A stretch of DNA of 64,000 nucleotides from Harriotta raleighana. Lineage: Eukaryota. This document shows, piece after piece, positions 26,543 to 39,628 of the stretch. The position numbers and the translations under genes are program-made. The stretch covers positions 412,392 through 476,391 of the forward strand of contig JBNZDD010013498.1 in NCBI GenBank assembly GCA_050575255.1, read 5' to 3'. Every line of letters begins with the position of its first letter. Within the stretch, counting starts at the first letter, position 1. The notes below the pieces were generated by a model. That model was not told the DNA's origin, searched no databases, and saw nothing but the letters and a program-made list of their open reading frames with translations.

Positions 26543-27514
26543 TTAAACGGCGGTAAATTGGTGTTGTCTTATTGGATAGTAAGTATTGTGGACTCACACC
26601 TGTTAGGGTTTGGATGTTTTATTGTAATATTATATTATCATGCACCACTGAGCTAAAGTTCTCCAATAGGTTTCAAAAGGTCCAACAGTAGATATTTTTG
26701 CACTGAAAATATTTTTGTTTTCAAATGTGTTCCCAGATCCTTTTCCCTCATGCAGAGATGTAGCTCCACCAAGCCTACAATAGGGACCATTAAAGTACGT
26801 CATATCTGTGTATTCTCTATACACATAAGAGGAGGGAGTAAGGAGAAGATGGAGGTTCAAGTAGAGTGTAAACTGTGACACAGACTAATTGAGTTGAAAT
26901 GCCTGCTTCAGTACTGTGCTGCCTGTTATTGTAAGGCTATGTATTTGGAACTACTTCCAGAACATTTAACTATATGCTACTATGGTTAAGTTGCAGAGTC
27001 CTGGTACTGTTTCAGTGTCTCTTACAGTTCTGAAATATCAAATGAATGATCTAATTTTACATTTGTTTCTTTGGGCATTATTCCAGAGGTATGTCAGGAA
27101 GGAAACTGTCTAATTTAGTATTGCACAAAATAGATGGCATTTCCTCCCCATGTTCAAAGAGAAAAGAGCTGAGCTTATTTTTTTAACATATATATATTAA
27201 GATAAATATATATATCTTAGAAAATGAGTGGGCATTTTGAACACCTGATGAATCAGCTAATATGAGCAAATTTAAGACGTGCTTGGTTGAATATCTGCCA
27301 TGGAGAATTGGATGATATGTTGGTCTGTTAAATAAAATTTGCAATAGATTTGAGAGTTGAATTGCTATAAGGTGCAAGTCATTGTTGGAATGGAAAGGAA
27401 GCTATTGATCCTTGATGGTCCCGGTTTTGACCTTGGATGTTCATTTCCCCAATTGTACATTCACTGTACAGGCTGACGCATTAAGAACGAATATCAGAGG
27501 ATGCTTGGTGCTCT

Positions 27515-27752
27515 TTGTAACTCCACTTCACAATCCCTTCACCTTGATCCCTCCCCTTGCCTCCTTCAAGGCCCGATTCAAGACCCTTCTTTTGAATGTA
27601 CCTTCAGTCACCCCCCTACCACTCGGCCCTCCTTCATCCCAACTTTACCCTCTCCTCCCCCCCCCCCCACGCTCAGGTCCCGACTCCTGACTATTCAGCT
27701 CCTTGTGACGTCCTACCTAAGCGAAAGGCACTGCACAAATGTCATTTTATTG
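27515..27752 (+). mobile_element. L2 LINE 3' end
   Basis: cctccttcaaggcccgattcaagacccttcttttga (ASFKARFKTLL), C-rich UTR, gcgaaaggcactgcacaaatgtc tail. Confidence 0.82.
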
Positions 27753-28489
27753 TGGAACCATGTATGAATCAGTATGTTTAGGACAGTGAGTGGAGGGTGA
27801 GGAGAGAGAGAGAGAGGATCAAGAGTCTAAGGCTGTTCACAAGTACTCATCATCCAGATGCTATTATTTTGATTAAAGGGAAATCTATAAGAGAAATTGA
27901 TTTGTGCTCATGATCAAACCTTGTCATGTAACGTGGGAAGGTTAATGCTATTGTAATAAGGAATGCTAGATCAGCTGTAACTCAGAACAGCTGAGTAATA
28001 TGAAAGCTGCATTGGAGACACATTATACTGTCAGAGAATGAATAATTCATCCATATTTAGATGAACTTCATTGCTCAGGTCAGGGGCTGTATAACTAAAT
28101 CTTGCCCCAATCCACAATTTTGAATTGTTAATTCATTTTGAAATAGTTTTGCAGTTATGAGCTTCTTTTCATTGTTTGTATTATACAACATCTATATTAA
28201 TAAACAGGTTCCTGACATGGAATGTGAATGCAAAACACACTCAAAATGTTTTGCACGATTTTAAAAAAAAAATAGACTGCCTCAATTTTGCTTAGTTTTT
28301 ACTTGAATGTGATTCCAAAAGCAGTTACTCTGTTTTGGGTTATTATGGAGAAAGCAGTGTTCTTTATAATAAAAAAAGCCTTGCATTCTGCCCATCGGGT
28401 ATCCTGTGAAGCACATCTCAGATTGCTTNTCAAAAGCAGTTACTCTGTTTTGGGTTATTATGGAGAAAGCAGTGTTCTTTATAATAAAA

Positions 28490-28943
28490 AAAATCCTTGC
28501 ATTCTGCCCATCGGGTATCCTGTGAAGCACATCTCAGATTGCTTCACAGGATATACTATAAAGTATATACTGTACTGTGTAATTTGTGAAAGAAATGCGC
28601 ACAGCAGTGTCCCACCGATAGCAATGAAAAAAGTAACTAATTTCTTTGTTGAGGGTGGGGGTTGTCAGCCAGGATTTAGGGAGAAACTCCCTTCTCTTTT
28701 TGAATAGTAACTGGGATCTTAAACACCTGCTTTAACAGATGGTCAGGCAGATGTTAGAGGCAGATGTTCATCTCCTGGGACCTTCGTTTAACATATCAAA
28801 CGAAGGACGACACCTCTGATAATGAAAGACACCCCCAGCGCTGCATTGGAGTATCAGCGTAGACTGTGTGATTCCAAGTCCGGATGTGGGGCTTGAACCC
28901 ACAACCTTCTGACTCAGAGCGAGAGTACTAGCACTGCACCAGA
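28490..28943 (-). mobile_element. DeuSINE (SacSINE1-like) with tRNA head and full Deu domain
   Basis: Minus-strand head ...ctctcgctctgagtcagaaggttgtgggttcaagccccac (B-box), Deu core tatgttaaacgaaggtccc...agatcccag...agaagggagtttctcc, then shared tail. Confidence 0.8.
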
Positions 28944-29701
28944 CAAACACACAGTGATGTGGGGTGGCTGGAAAGGAAGCAACTGAAATAAAGCTTTAAA
29001 ATATAAATCTATGTGACACTATTTAGATATGAACTTCATGTTTTATTAATATGTAAAAATAGGCTCTAGTTTTTGTGAAACATTGAACATATACATCATT
29101 TACTGTGAGGAAAGGTATATTAATTCTAGTTGAATCTCATTTGCATTTGAAAACTATGTTAATGAAAATAGGATTTTTTTTCTATAACTCAAATCCCACA
29201 GTTGTAATACATATATTTTTAAAGTTGGAAAGGGTAATTGTGATCATCAGAGCTACGTATCAATGATTAATGATAATTACTCACTAATTAGATCCAATTT
29301 AAATATGTACATTGGGTTAATCAAAAAATAGACTTTTCCAATAACTCAAACGAGGTGTGAGGAGTATCTATGAAACTTACCCAATCACCGGCCTGACATT
29401 GAGGAACAGTGCACCGTAACACTGTAGATTGTATTTTAAAGGAAGGTTTTCTCCTCTCATGTTGGCTCCATTTGTAAAAGTCAGGGGTCTAGCGTTAAAC
29501 TGAGCTGCTGAAAAGCTTCACGCTCGATTGCTGGTTTGTGCTGACTTGACAAACCACAGCTGGGTTGGCAGCAGTAACACTACAGATGGTTTCAGGGTGC
29601 TTGGTTGGGAGAGTAAAATTCAGCCCAGTGTTTTCTCTCCTATCTGTTGTCGAATGATTCCTGCTGGAATGAAGTGAGAATAGAATTGCTCCCCCTCTCA
29701 A

Positions 29702-29902
29702 CATAGAATTACATAATCATGCAGCACATTAGGAGGCCATTCTGCCCATCGTGTCTGTGATGGCTCTTTGAAAGAGTTATCAAAATTAATCCCACTCCCC
29801 CGCTCTCTCCTCATAGCTCTACAAATTTGTCCTCTCCAAATATCTATCTGGTGCTCTGGGACACTACCCTACTTAAGGGTAAATGCAAGTTGTTGTTGTT
29901 GT
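29702..29902. mobile_element. CR1 3' tail (minus) abutting an L2 tail (plus)
   Basis: ggaggccattctgcccatcgtgtctgtgatggctctttgaaagag (also at 62915 and 60540), then agggtaaatgcaag(ttg)n. Confidence 0.7.
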
Positions 29903-30617
29903 AAATGTGAATTGTTGCCTATAGTGAAAATGCTGTTGAAGTGTGTGTTACAGTGATACCGTGACACTTGGTACATGTTCATTACTTCCGTAGCTTGAAA
30001 TATAGTCCCTATCAATTGTGTTCAGTACATCTGAAAGACTAGTGGAAACCTGATTTACAGTCTGACTAACAATCAAAATGTAGCATTTGGTAACTTTGCC
30101 AGTTGCCAGGGGCAGCACTCCACACACACAAATGCAGACCCCCTTGAACCGAAGAATGTCTATTGACTTGAAATATTTGTGCTCATAAAGATCAGTTTCA
30201 AACGCATTGGATCGTCTGTCTTTTTCTCTTCTATCTTCTGTGCCTTACAATAGCAGTGAACACTTCTAGGTCAGCGAAGGAATGGGCGGTTTGTAATGTT
30301 GGCAAAGTATTGTTGGCCTCTCCCCATTCTGAGAACTCTGTTACTCCCTTCAATAGGATGATACTTGTATGGTCTCAGGAACCTTCTGAGCTCAGGTTAC
30401 TGAATCCTTGCCAAGTTATGAACAGTGTGTGGTATGTTCTGTGTTCTAAAAGACCACTACAACTATAGTATTGAGTTCACTATTTATAGTGTGTACCTGC
30501 TCACATGCAATTTCCTGCATGCCTTAATTTTGGCTGAGATAATATGTGTATTTTTGCAACTCATTTTATCAGCAAGGGGATAGTTGTGAACTTGACTCGT
30601 ATATAGGTGTCATGAGT

Positions 30618-31010
30618 TAATAATCCTTGAATTGGATGCAGGGCCGATAATGTCAAATGTCTCAAAGCTCTTCACAAAGCTTCTGCAAAAAGTGGCAAAT
30701 GTGTATTTGCACAGATTAACGTCCCACAAACAGCCATGAAGTGGGCGGCCAATTTTATCTGGAGAATTGTTGACCAGGACAGTGGAAGAAACTTACCTTC
30801 TCTTTTTGATTAGTGTCAAGCGATCTTCAATGTCCAGGTAAACAGTCAGACCTTACTTCAGTTTAATGTCTCACGTGAATGACAAAACCTCTTAACAATT
30901 GTAGAATCCACTCAGCTAAAGTGTCACTACACTAGAAGATCAACGCCCCAGTGTTGGACTTGAACCTACAGCCATTCACCTGGATATTAGACATGTACCC
31001 ATTGAGCCAA
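30618..31010 (-). mobile_element. Degraded DeuSINE (SacSINE1-like)
   Basis: Collinear with 28490-28943: tail taatccttga, gtcccacaaacagc, gtttaatgtctcacgtgaatgac, ggacttgaacctacagcc. Confidence 0.7.
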
Positions 31011-31821
31011 GCAGACACTGAGGAATACACTGCTTCCATCTCACTTTGAAAGTGGAATCCTCCCCTTTCTTTTGGTCTCCAGGCAATGATCCTTGACCAA
31101 AAAGGCAACAGAAATATTTTCCGAGGCCACCAATGCCGTTCCATATCAGGCAAGATGCATGATGAGTGATGCTTATGATGAACCACACTGAATTTCCCTT
31201 TCTCCCTCTGGGAAAATGTCTCTCCTCAGTTTGCTGCATTCCTCAGGTGGCCTTATTCATAACAGCAACGCTCTTTCCCAGAAATCATTACGTTTTACAG
31301 TGCATGAAGAAATCTACACTTTCTTCAGGCACTGTGGACCAGGCCACCAGTAACAATGGCATTTTCTATGTGAAAGAAATGAGAACATTTAAACGTTACT
31401 CTTGAGATTCACTGGTGTTTGGACTACTAAGGCTTGGAGGCAGAGACGACAATAAGCTTTTTCTATCAGATCTTGTGCAGCCCATTTAAAGCTTACAAAT
31501 AACATTGGCATGTGCCCTTTGCCATATTGCAGGGTATGAAAGCAAGCAGCACTGCAGGGAACGTTTGCTGAAAGTCCGGTGGAGGTACGAAGGAGAAAGG
31601 AAAAATATTGCTTTCTGAATAACAAAATACCATTCCTAGCTGGCATCAAGCTGTGCAAGGAGTAATCGGTGAAATTGCAGGAATGAAGTCAATGAAAACA
31701 GTGAGAGAAAATTGGTTCTGAACTTGTTTGTGGATCCACGCACAGGAATTAAACCAATACCACAGAACATGAATTGATTTCCAAGTAGTGAGAGCTGAAG
31801 TGCAGGGGTTAAAATATAGCC

Positions 31822-31950
31822 TGAAACAAAGGCAGAAAATGCTGGAAATGTCATCAACATTTCAAGGACAGATCCACATTTCAGATGTGACCCTTCATTA
31901 GAACATTCAGTGTGTCGAACAAGCAGATATCTTTCTGTTTTCATTTCAGA
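31822..31950. mobile_element. Penelope-like terminal remnant with partial inverted symmetry
   Basis: gcagaaaatgctggaaat...gacccttcattagaac...tttctgttttcatttcaga; related to 62700-62835. Confidence 0.5.
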
Positions 31951-33530
31951 CTCATAAAATGTTGCTTCTTTGTAGAATTACTCTGTGGTTGACAATGCAG
32001 CATATTTGGCTGTTCACTCACATCAATGTTGTTATTGAAAAGATGCTGCACAATTAAATATAGATGCCATTTTTAAGGGCTTCAGGAAATTTAATATTGG
32101 AGTCTGGTTATGCAGTTCTCTAATGGGATTCCTTATCAAGGAAAGTATGTCAATTTGACTCAAATGAACTCCCCTTTAAATGTAATCTCCTATCATAGTA
32201 AAGGTCTGTGGTCAATGTGACATATTTAGTCAAGACTCTGCCACTGTCAAGGGCTCTGGGACTCTACCCTGCATGAAGGGTGCTATATAAATACAAGTTG
32301 TTGTTGTAGCTACTGATGTTTCTAATTCAATGCCTATCCATTTTAGATGTAACAGCTGCAAATCCCTCCTACAGAAATAACTGCTCTAGGGTATTGAGCT
32401 CAATATTCGCTTGATTTCTCTTTCTGCATAGTAATGACTCCAGTCGCTGTGTCAAGAGAGCCTTTTGGGCCTTGATGGTGGGTACATGAAAATAGGAAGG
32501 GAGTGGGGAGGAGGAGAAAGAATAGCCATAGATTACCTGGAATATGTAAATCTGGAACAGACAATGTAATGTTCAGTTCCCTATGTAAATCAGCCTTTTC
32601 ATCCTATGTTGGGCATGGGTAATTGCTCCAAATCTGTTAACAATTCCTTATTCATTTAGTCAGGACTTCCTGACTATCAATAAATGACATTAGAGTGAGT
32701 TTAACAAACCTGGAATGCACGCTTACTTAAATCAGGAATCCCAGGTCACAACTGCTGCTGAGGGTAAGTGATCATTCAACATTTAATGGGCATTGTGGCC
32801 AAGAATTTGTATCCTTGCAAACCCACAAATTCCTGAGAGCCAAATCACAACGTTAGACAACTAACTGATGGATCATAGTTCCATTAGTTAATTCTCCAAT
32901 AATCCTTTTTATGATTTCAGATTAAACTTCTCAATAAACAAGAAGCTGGTGGACTTAACAATCTAGTGCCATGTTAAATAGCGGGTCTATTGTGAGCATG
33001 TGAAACTGCATGTGTAGAGAGGGAATTCATGTCCCTTTAATTGTGTCATTAACAACCAATGCTTCTCATTGACTGTTAATTACATTATTAAGAATACTTG
33101 TAATTCCCTCCAGGCACGTGTGAATTGTGCTATGTTGGAGAGATTCAGGCTAAAAATTAACACTCGGGCAAACTTTAGACAGAATGTTCTCAGAGTGCCA
33201 ACTATGTGTGGGGAATTATTTCTTCAGATGAATAAATTATCTGAAGATTAATGAATAACTAAAAGATACTGAATGGTTTCTCCCTCTCGGTTCCCTTGCA
33301 TGGTGCCCACAATATAGTCAGTGGAGGTGGCATACAGCAAGGCTGAACTCATTCATAACTGAACAATCTCTTTGAACCTAATTAAAGGTATTCTGGTAAT
33401 GAACGTCCCAGGAAGATTTCATCAATGCAATGATCAAGAAGTATCTGCATTCATTAGCTTATGATTAATTGACCAGTCCGCAGTATCTAACTACTGCTAG
33501 CATTCAATTGTTTACGGATTTAGGTGCTAC

Positions 33531-33838
33531 AGTCCTGCAGCCTCCGTGGTTGGAGCACTCTCTTTTCAAGCTGGGTTCAATTCCAAGTAGAGCGAGACCT
33601 TGGGCAAGTTTCCTTACTCCACAAGCCTAATACTTATCCCTAAAAAAAACAATAATAAATTGGTCATTTCAATCCACGACTGTTTGTGGGACACTGCTGT
33701 GCGCAATTGGCTGCCACATTTCGCCCACATCTATATAGTCAATTTACTTTACAGTATATTCTGTGAAGTGCTTTGAGACGTCTAGAAGACGTGAAAAGCG
33801 CTATATCAAATGCAAGGATTATTATTTTTATTATTATT
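33531..33838 (+). mobile_element. Near full-length tRNA-derived SINE
   Basis: 33598-33838 is nearly identical to 61512-61753; head is more diverged. Confidence 0.93.
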
Positions 33839-36800
33839 GCATGTGTTTTGAATGACACAGTAAAATTATCTATTATAGTTTTAGAACACATTTATCTTGT
33901 AATGGCAATATTGCCAAAGTTTTAAATAGAGAAGATTTAAGGTTTAGGATGATCTTGTACTGCATAGATTGTCCTCCAGAAAAATAATCTAAACCCCACA
34001 AGCCATGGGAGTTGAAAGGTAGAATTTTAAAAATAGATTTGGTACAGCTTCAGAGAACTTATAATTGCAGGGTTATGACAAATGTTGCTGTATTAAATTG
34101 CAACTTCTCTAGATGATTCACTGGACATATCTCAACAAATAAATAGCTGAAACATAAGATCATTTTTTGCTTATTGGTTCGGAAGACCACAGTTGGCAAA
34201 CAATGAACTACTGAATGCCATTTGGAGCGACCACAAAATCCTCTAATTAATACTTTGGTGCCGGATATAGTTGTGAGTCAAGTAAAAACACGCAGTAAGG
34301 TACCAATGCAAGTAGGCAGCTGCCTCTGACAGAAGACACATTCCACCCGAAGTCATTACAGTTCTAATTCTAAACTTTATCTTTTCAAAGAAACCAGTCG
34401 ATCATGAACCCCTTTTTACATATGAAATGTACTAAATGTACCAAGGACATTTTAAATGTCATGCTAGAGTGGAGTTATCCACCGTTTTGGGACGTTCTCC
34501 TGATATGAAAGGCCAGGTACATAAATGCCATGTGTTATTACTTCGTTGGGACTTTTTCAAATCTCATTTCCTGGAAAAGACAGCCATAGGCTGCCATGAA
34601 ATATCTGATGTATGTACTGCAGTAATAATATATCTATGCTGCCTGCAAATGTTGGTAGTTGCTCTTTACATTCATCTGGACAATTTTAACAGGTTTCTGT
34701 TACCTGCAGGGTGAGCTGCGTAGTCACTTTATCACCCGTGTTCTCATCCAACATCCCTTTATATTCATATAACTGAAGGATTAAACCTTTCTAGAACTAC
34801 ACCCCACATTGGGATAACCCACTGAACCTTAAAAGGGGCTACTAGTAAATGCAATCACTAATCACACCATTCCATTCTTTCTTGTTTTCTATCCTCTCAA
34901 ATAGTCTTATGTTGCTCTATGAATAACTAAATGTGAGTACTGATTTAATGTAGGAGAACAAGCCTACTCTTTCCTCCATTGTTCTCTAGAGCTGGACAGG
35001 AGTCCAGACAATGGTTTTATGAGGCAAGGCATAAATTAATTAATCAAGTACAGGTAAAACAGCCCAAATTGACTGCAGAGTGTACAGTGGCTGTCAGTTG
35101 TCCCTTTACCTTAATTCATTACCTTGATGACTGCAGATTAATTACCCAGGTCGGTGATTTAAGTGGCCTGTTACCTTGTTCATTTCAGTCCGGTAACATA
35201 GCTTGGCATTCACATCTGCTGCTGCCGCTCTATGGCCCCAAAACATGTTTCTTTTTGGCAGGAGCCGTCGCATAGTTTGGAGCGAGTGTCAATCTCCAGT
35301 TCCCTCCTGAAAAGCTAGTTATTTTATATAACGCGGCATAAATAGATAAACCCCTTGAGACCATTTAATCTTTGGAGCTGTTGTGTTTGGAGATGGTGGC
35401 ACCAGAAGAGCACCTCGGAAACCTTTTTTCTGTTAAAAACATATGGTATGTCTCCATGTGATTGTAACCTTGTATTTCAAGGTTATTTTATTGGAATGTG
35501 ACACCAAGGTAATTATAACTCGTGTGCATTAGGATTTTAATTAGGGCGTCCTCGCAACGTGAAAGGCTGTACAAATGTAATTTTGTTGTTAAGAATGACG
35601 ACTACCATTAACGTCTCCTTGCAAAGAAAAATTGGTTACCAGAAATTATCATTAATATCCTTCCAATTTATACCTGCTTACTCTTTTTGGGGGAGAACTA
35701 ACTCCTTGATAAACATTTAATTATTACCCTGTGACGAATACAGATTAACCAGATTGGTGACTAAGTGATCTGTTTCCTTGTTTGCATCAATCAGGCTCTC
35801 CAGCTTGACATTCAGTCTGCTCTTGGCTCTCCATAAGCAACTTCACAGCCAAGTTATTGTATTTGCTTGGGTCCCTGCAAGCCATGTGCTGTCTCTGATC
35901 AAGAACATAAGTGGGGCAACTTGCTTTTTAACCTCTGCCAACATTCTCTACCCTGGGTGAGTTCCCCCTCACTTGGGAGAATCCCCAGCTCCTACCTCCA
36001 TTTAAAACCTTACCCTGCAGCCTGCCTAAGGACAAGCATTTTATAATGCCATGGACAATAGATGTGAACAACATCATCATGAAGGCCACAAACCTTTTCT
36101 AAGAAAAGTATGACTACCTTACATGCATCTGATACTCTATGAAGTCATGTCTAACCTGACTGATGTGGAAGCATGCTCAATTTGGATATTTAAAAAAAAA
36201 TTATCTTCAAATGAAATGAGGATTATCTTGGCACAAGGGAACTTCTTTTGGAATATTTACCATCACATTAGTGTGACTTGTTTGGTGTCTGTTTCAGTAT
36301 TAGAATTTCAGGGTTGTGTGCGGATTATCCATTCAGGCCCAACTGCTGCTAATTATCATACATTTATTTGTAAAACGATCCTGTTTCCTTTTATGAAGGC
36401 TGATTAATTGCAAACCCAATAAACAGGAAAGTATATACCTTAACATCATTGATGTCCTCTGCCTGGGTTATTATCCAATCATGTCATGTTTCCCTTTAAT
36501 TTCAGTTTAGTGAAAATTACTTGGAAAGTTCTTTGGTTAATGGTTTCACTTCAGCTTGATTCTGTGTAAAATTAGGCTGTAATGAATTGGAAGTTCTGTA
36601 TTTATTGCGGTTATATTACACTAGAGACTGTTTGCACATGATGTGAGACTAAGTGCTCAGATCTGAACAAACACACACCATTGAGCTCACCATTGTGCTC
36701 AGATTACGGTTCATTTCAAACGCTCCTATAAAGTGAACAAATTCACTCTGGTGGTAATGGGAAACCTTTTGCATGTGGGGAAATTTCAAGCCTTTCCACC

Positions 36801-37240
36801 CGATACTTCATCCTGTTAGTTGCTCGGCCAATGAATCAGTAAATGAAGAACTGTCTTCCCTTTCAAGGAGTCTGTATTGAATTCTGATTTATTATTTCAT
36901 CTAGGTTTCTACAAGCTGCCAAGCAAGCTCAATGGAGGGGAAAAAAAGTTAAAAGGACAAACAGGTAGGAAAGCTTTGCATCTCAAGTAAAGGTCCCATT
37001 TATTTAAAATGTATTTCCAGTTGCTGTGATCCTTTTGACTTCACAACAAAGGCCTTGAATAACAATGAAAGGTTTTACTCTTTTGAAGCCAAGTGAAACC
37101 TAACATCTGTCATGGGTTCGAGCTGAAATAGTGTTTGCTGCGGGCAGAATTCAATTACTGCAGAAATGGCAGAAAGGGTGGTGAAGTGTATGTTGGCAGA
37201 ACTATATGCCCAGTCTTTTGATTCGATTTCTCTTATTATA

Positions 37241-37927
37241 GTTAATAATAATCCTTGCATTCACGTCTACAAGACGTGTCTCAAAGTGCTTCACAGAATA
37301 TACTGAAAAGTGAATAGACTATATTTTGTGGGTGAAACGCGGCAGCCAATTGTGCACAGCAGTGTCCCACAAACAATTGTGGATTGAGTGAACAATTTTT
37401 TTGAAGGAATTATTAGCTCCAGAAACCCCAATCGATTAATAAGCGGGTTTCTACTTACTGCTAGCTAAACAGAGGTGTTTAGCCTCTCTGTCCCCACTCT
37501 GGAACTCCATCCCACAGTCCCTTTGCCTCACTTCTTCTTTCAAGGCCCGTCTCAAGACTCCTTTTTGTCGCCCTCCCACCTTTCTCCCTCCGCTTCCCCT
37601 CCTCCATGCTCGGGTCCCGACCCCTGACTGTTCAGCGCCTCAGGACGTCCTCCCGACGTGGAAGGCACTCTATAAATGTAATTTTGTTGTTCGTGGAGTA
37701 AGAAAACTTGCCTAATATTTTGCCTTGTGAAAATCGTACCCAGGTTTCTCGTAAATATAGTCAATTTTTCCTACTTTCCTTCCCCCGATTCCTCCCCACC
37801 CTGCTGATCCCTACCTGACTGTACAGAGCCTTGGGACATCCTCCCAATGTAAAATAAATGTAATTTTGATTGATTGATTGATTGATTGTGAGGTGATTTC
37901 TCTAACCACTGAGCTGCAGGACTCCAT
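37241..37927 (-). mobile_element. Long-variant SINE (minus) split by two plus-strand L2 3' fragments
   Basis: SINE tail/core 37241-37475, L2 37480-37690, SINE middle 37692-37752, L2 tail ~37765-37888 ending in (GATT)n, SINE head 37898-37927. Confidence 0.8.
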
Positions 37928-38344
37928 GTCATTAATGACATACCAATGAATATAGTCTGGCCTTAGAATAACAAAATGCTGATTACCTTTTCCACGCATC
38001 AATAGCCACTTAATAAAGATGAATGTAACAATATTGTGGAAAGAATGTGCTGCTTATTAAGCTACATTATTGATATTAGATGTTATTCTATTGGATGGAT
38101 TACATCAGCAAATACCCAGCTCTGAGGGTCTTGTATTTTCTTCTTTGATTAAGAAAACTGTAAATTGCCTTTTACTCCACATTTATACCATTTATTTTAA
38201 TTAAAATTTCCCTTTAAAGCTGTAGTCCACTCTTATAACACTACTCTAAAAGACAATGGCCTTCTTTGTACTGGTAAATATCTATGGATCTGGTTTGAAA
38301 ACATTTAAATTAAGCCAATTTATCTATGTATCTAGAATACATCT

Positions 38345-38391
38345 GCCCGACGTGAAAGGCGCTATACAAGTGTAATTTTGTTATTGTTGTT
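38345..38391 (+). mobile_element. Short L2 terminal fragment
   Basis: cccgacgtgaaaggcgctatacaagtgtaattttgttattgttg. Confidence 0.75.
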
Positions 38392-39065
38392 TCACCATCT
38401 CAAAAAATATTTAGATCGTTTACTTCTCCCTTATGGGGAAGAAACAACTTAAACTATGATGCTGATTGTTTGTCACCTCAAAGTAGCCTTTCTGTGATGG
38501 GAAACTTACCCCACTTGGTAATTTCAAGTGCACAGGCAAGTGAAGTGAATGTACTATACAGTGATTATAACAGGAGCTGGACAGGACCAATTCACACACA
38601 CGAATGTGCAGGAACTCCAGAAAATAAATGTAGATTGTGCATGTTCCTGTTGACAACAAAGATGACAAGGATTACCGGTGAGGGGGAAGGAAGGGCGATT
38701 TCCAAAGGAATGGTCAATGAGTGCTGGGAAGAACTCATGGAATGCGCATCTCAAAGTGATTTCCATAACTAAAGAATAAAAAGAAATGACACTTACATCT
38801 GATAATGATGCCTTTTGCATCTGGGAGGGTGTCTCAAAATTGCTTCACATGCTTTACTGTAATGTAAAGTGGAGTGACTGTGTATTTTTTATAACTATAG
38901 AACATCTCTATTGTTTGTTGCTATTCTTCTGCTTATTTATCAATGTGATGTTGTCTGAAACAATGAATATTGGTACATTTTCATACACATACACAACAGT
39001 TCTCCAGTTTTTTTTAAGAGTGTCACTATCAGTCACCTCCAAGCCAAGGATTGTGCTGTAACTAC

Positions 39066-39071
39066 TTTATT
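39066..39071 (-). terminator. Candidate distal polyadenylation signal AATAAA of EPHA4
   Basis: Minus strand ...TGTGCATTGGAAATAAAGTAGT, preceded by TGTA (CFIm-type) motifs in TTTGTACATTGTAAAAT; a second AATAAA lies at 39322-39327. Confidence 0.6.
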
Positions 39072-39572
39072 TCCAATGCACATTGTGCGCATTCTTTCTC
39101 ATAACTATTATTTTACAATGTACAAACTAGGTACAAAAGATTCTCAAGACCATAAATAAATGACATAAGTTACATGTACCTAAAAATTCAAATAAAAAAA
39201 ATACAAATTAAAACAGCAAAACAATGAATCTATGCCTAAACGCATCAAAAGAAAAAATACAAAGAAAAGTTGGACTGCTAAGAAGAATTCCAGTTGAACT
39301 AAATTAAGATATACTGTACATTTTATTCTGAAGACCATGGTCTTGCATATATCTAATCAGGTCCAAGCAGGAATACAAAAAATAGATTGATGTAATTTGT
39401 TTAAAATGAGCATTTCGGAAGAAACTTGCTCGGGAACAGAGATATGGAATGCAAAGGAAAATACCAGCAAAACTTTACAAGTAACATCTTTAAAAAAAAG
39501 ACCTAAAGGCTAAACAGTGTTTCAATACACACTGGAACAGTAATGTCTGTAGAGCTGTAAATTCCTCGAGAA

Positions 39573-39628
39573 AACAACAACAACTTGCATTTATGTAGCG
39601 CTCCTCACGTGAGGAAGCGCCTCAGAGA
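39573..39628 (-). mobile_element. Short L2 terminal fragment inside the EPHA4 3'UTR
   Basis: (aac)n-ttgcatttatgtagcgctcctcacgtgaggaagcgcctcagag. Confidence 0.65.

Noticed and set aside
28288-28707. 139-aa ORF with an internal repeat
   Set aside because: Created by the duplicated contig overlap around N 28429 and runs through a SINE.
1-39000. A second protein-coding gene or prokaryote-like system in the left part of the window
   Set aside because: No chain of spliceable exons, long ORF, operon-like layout or spacer array; content is retroposon debris and unique non-coding DNA.
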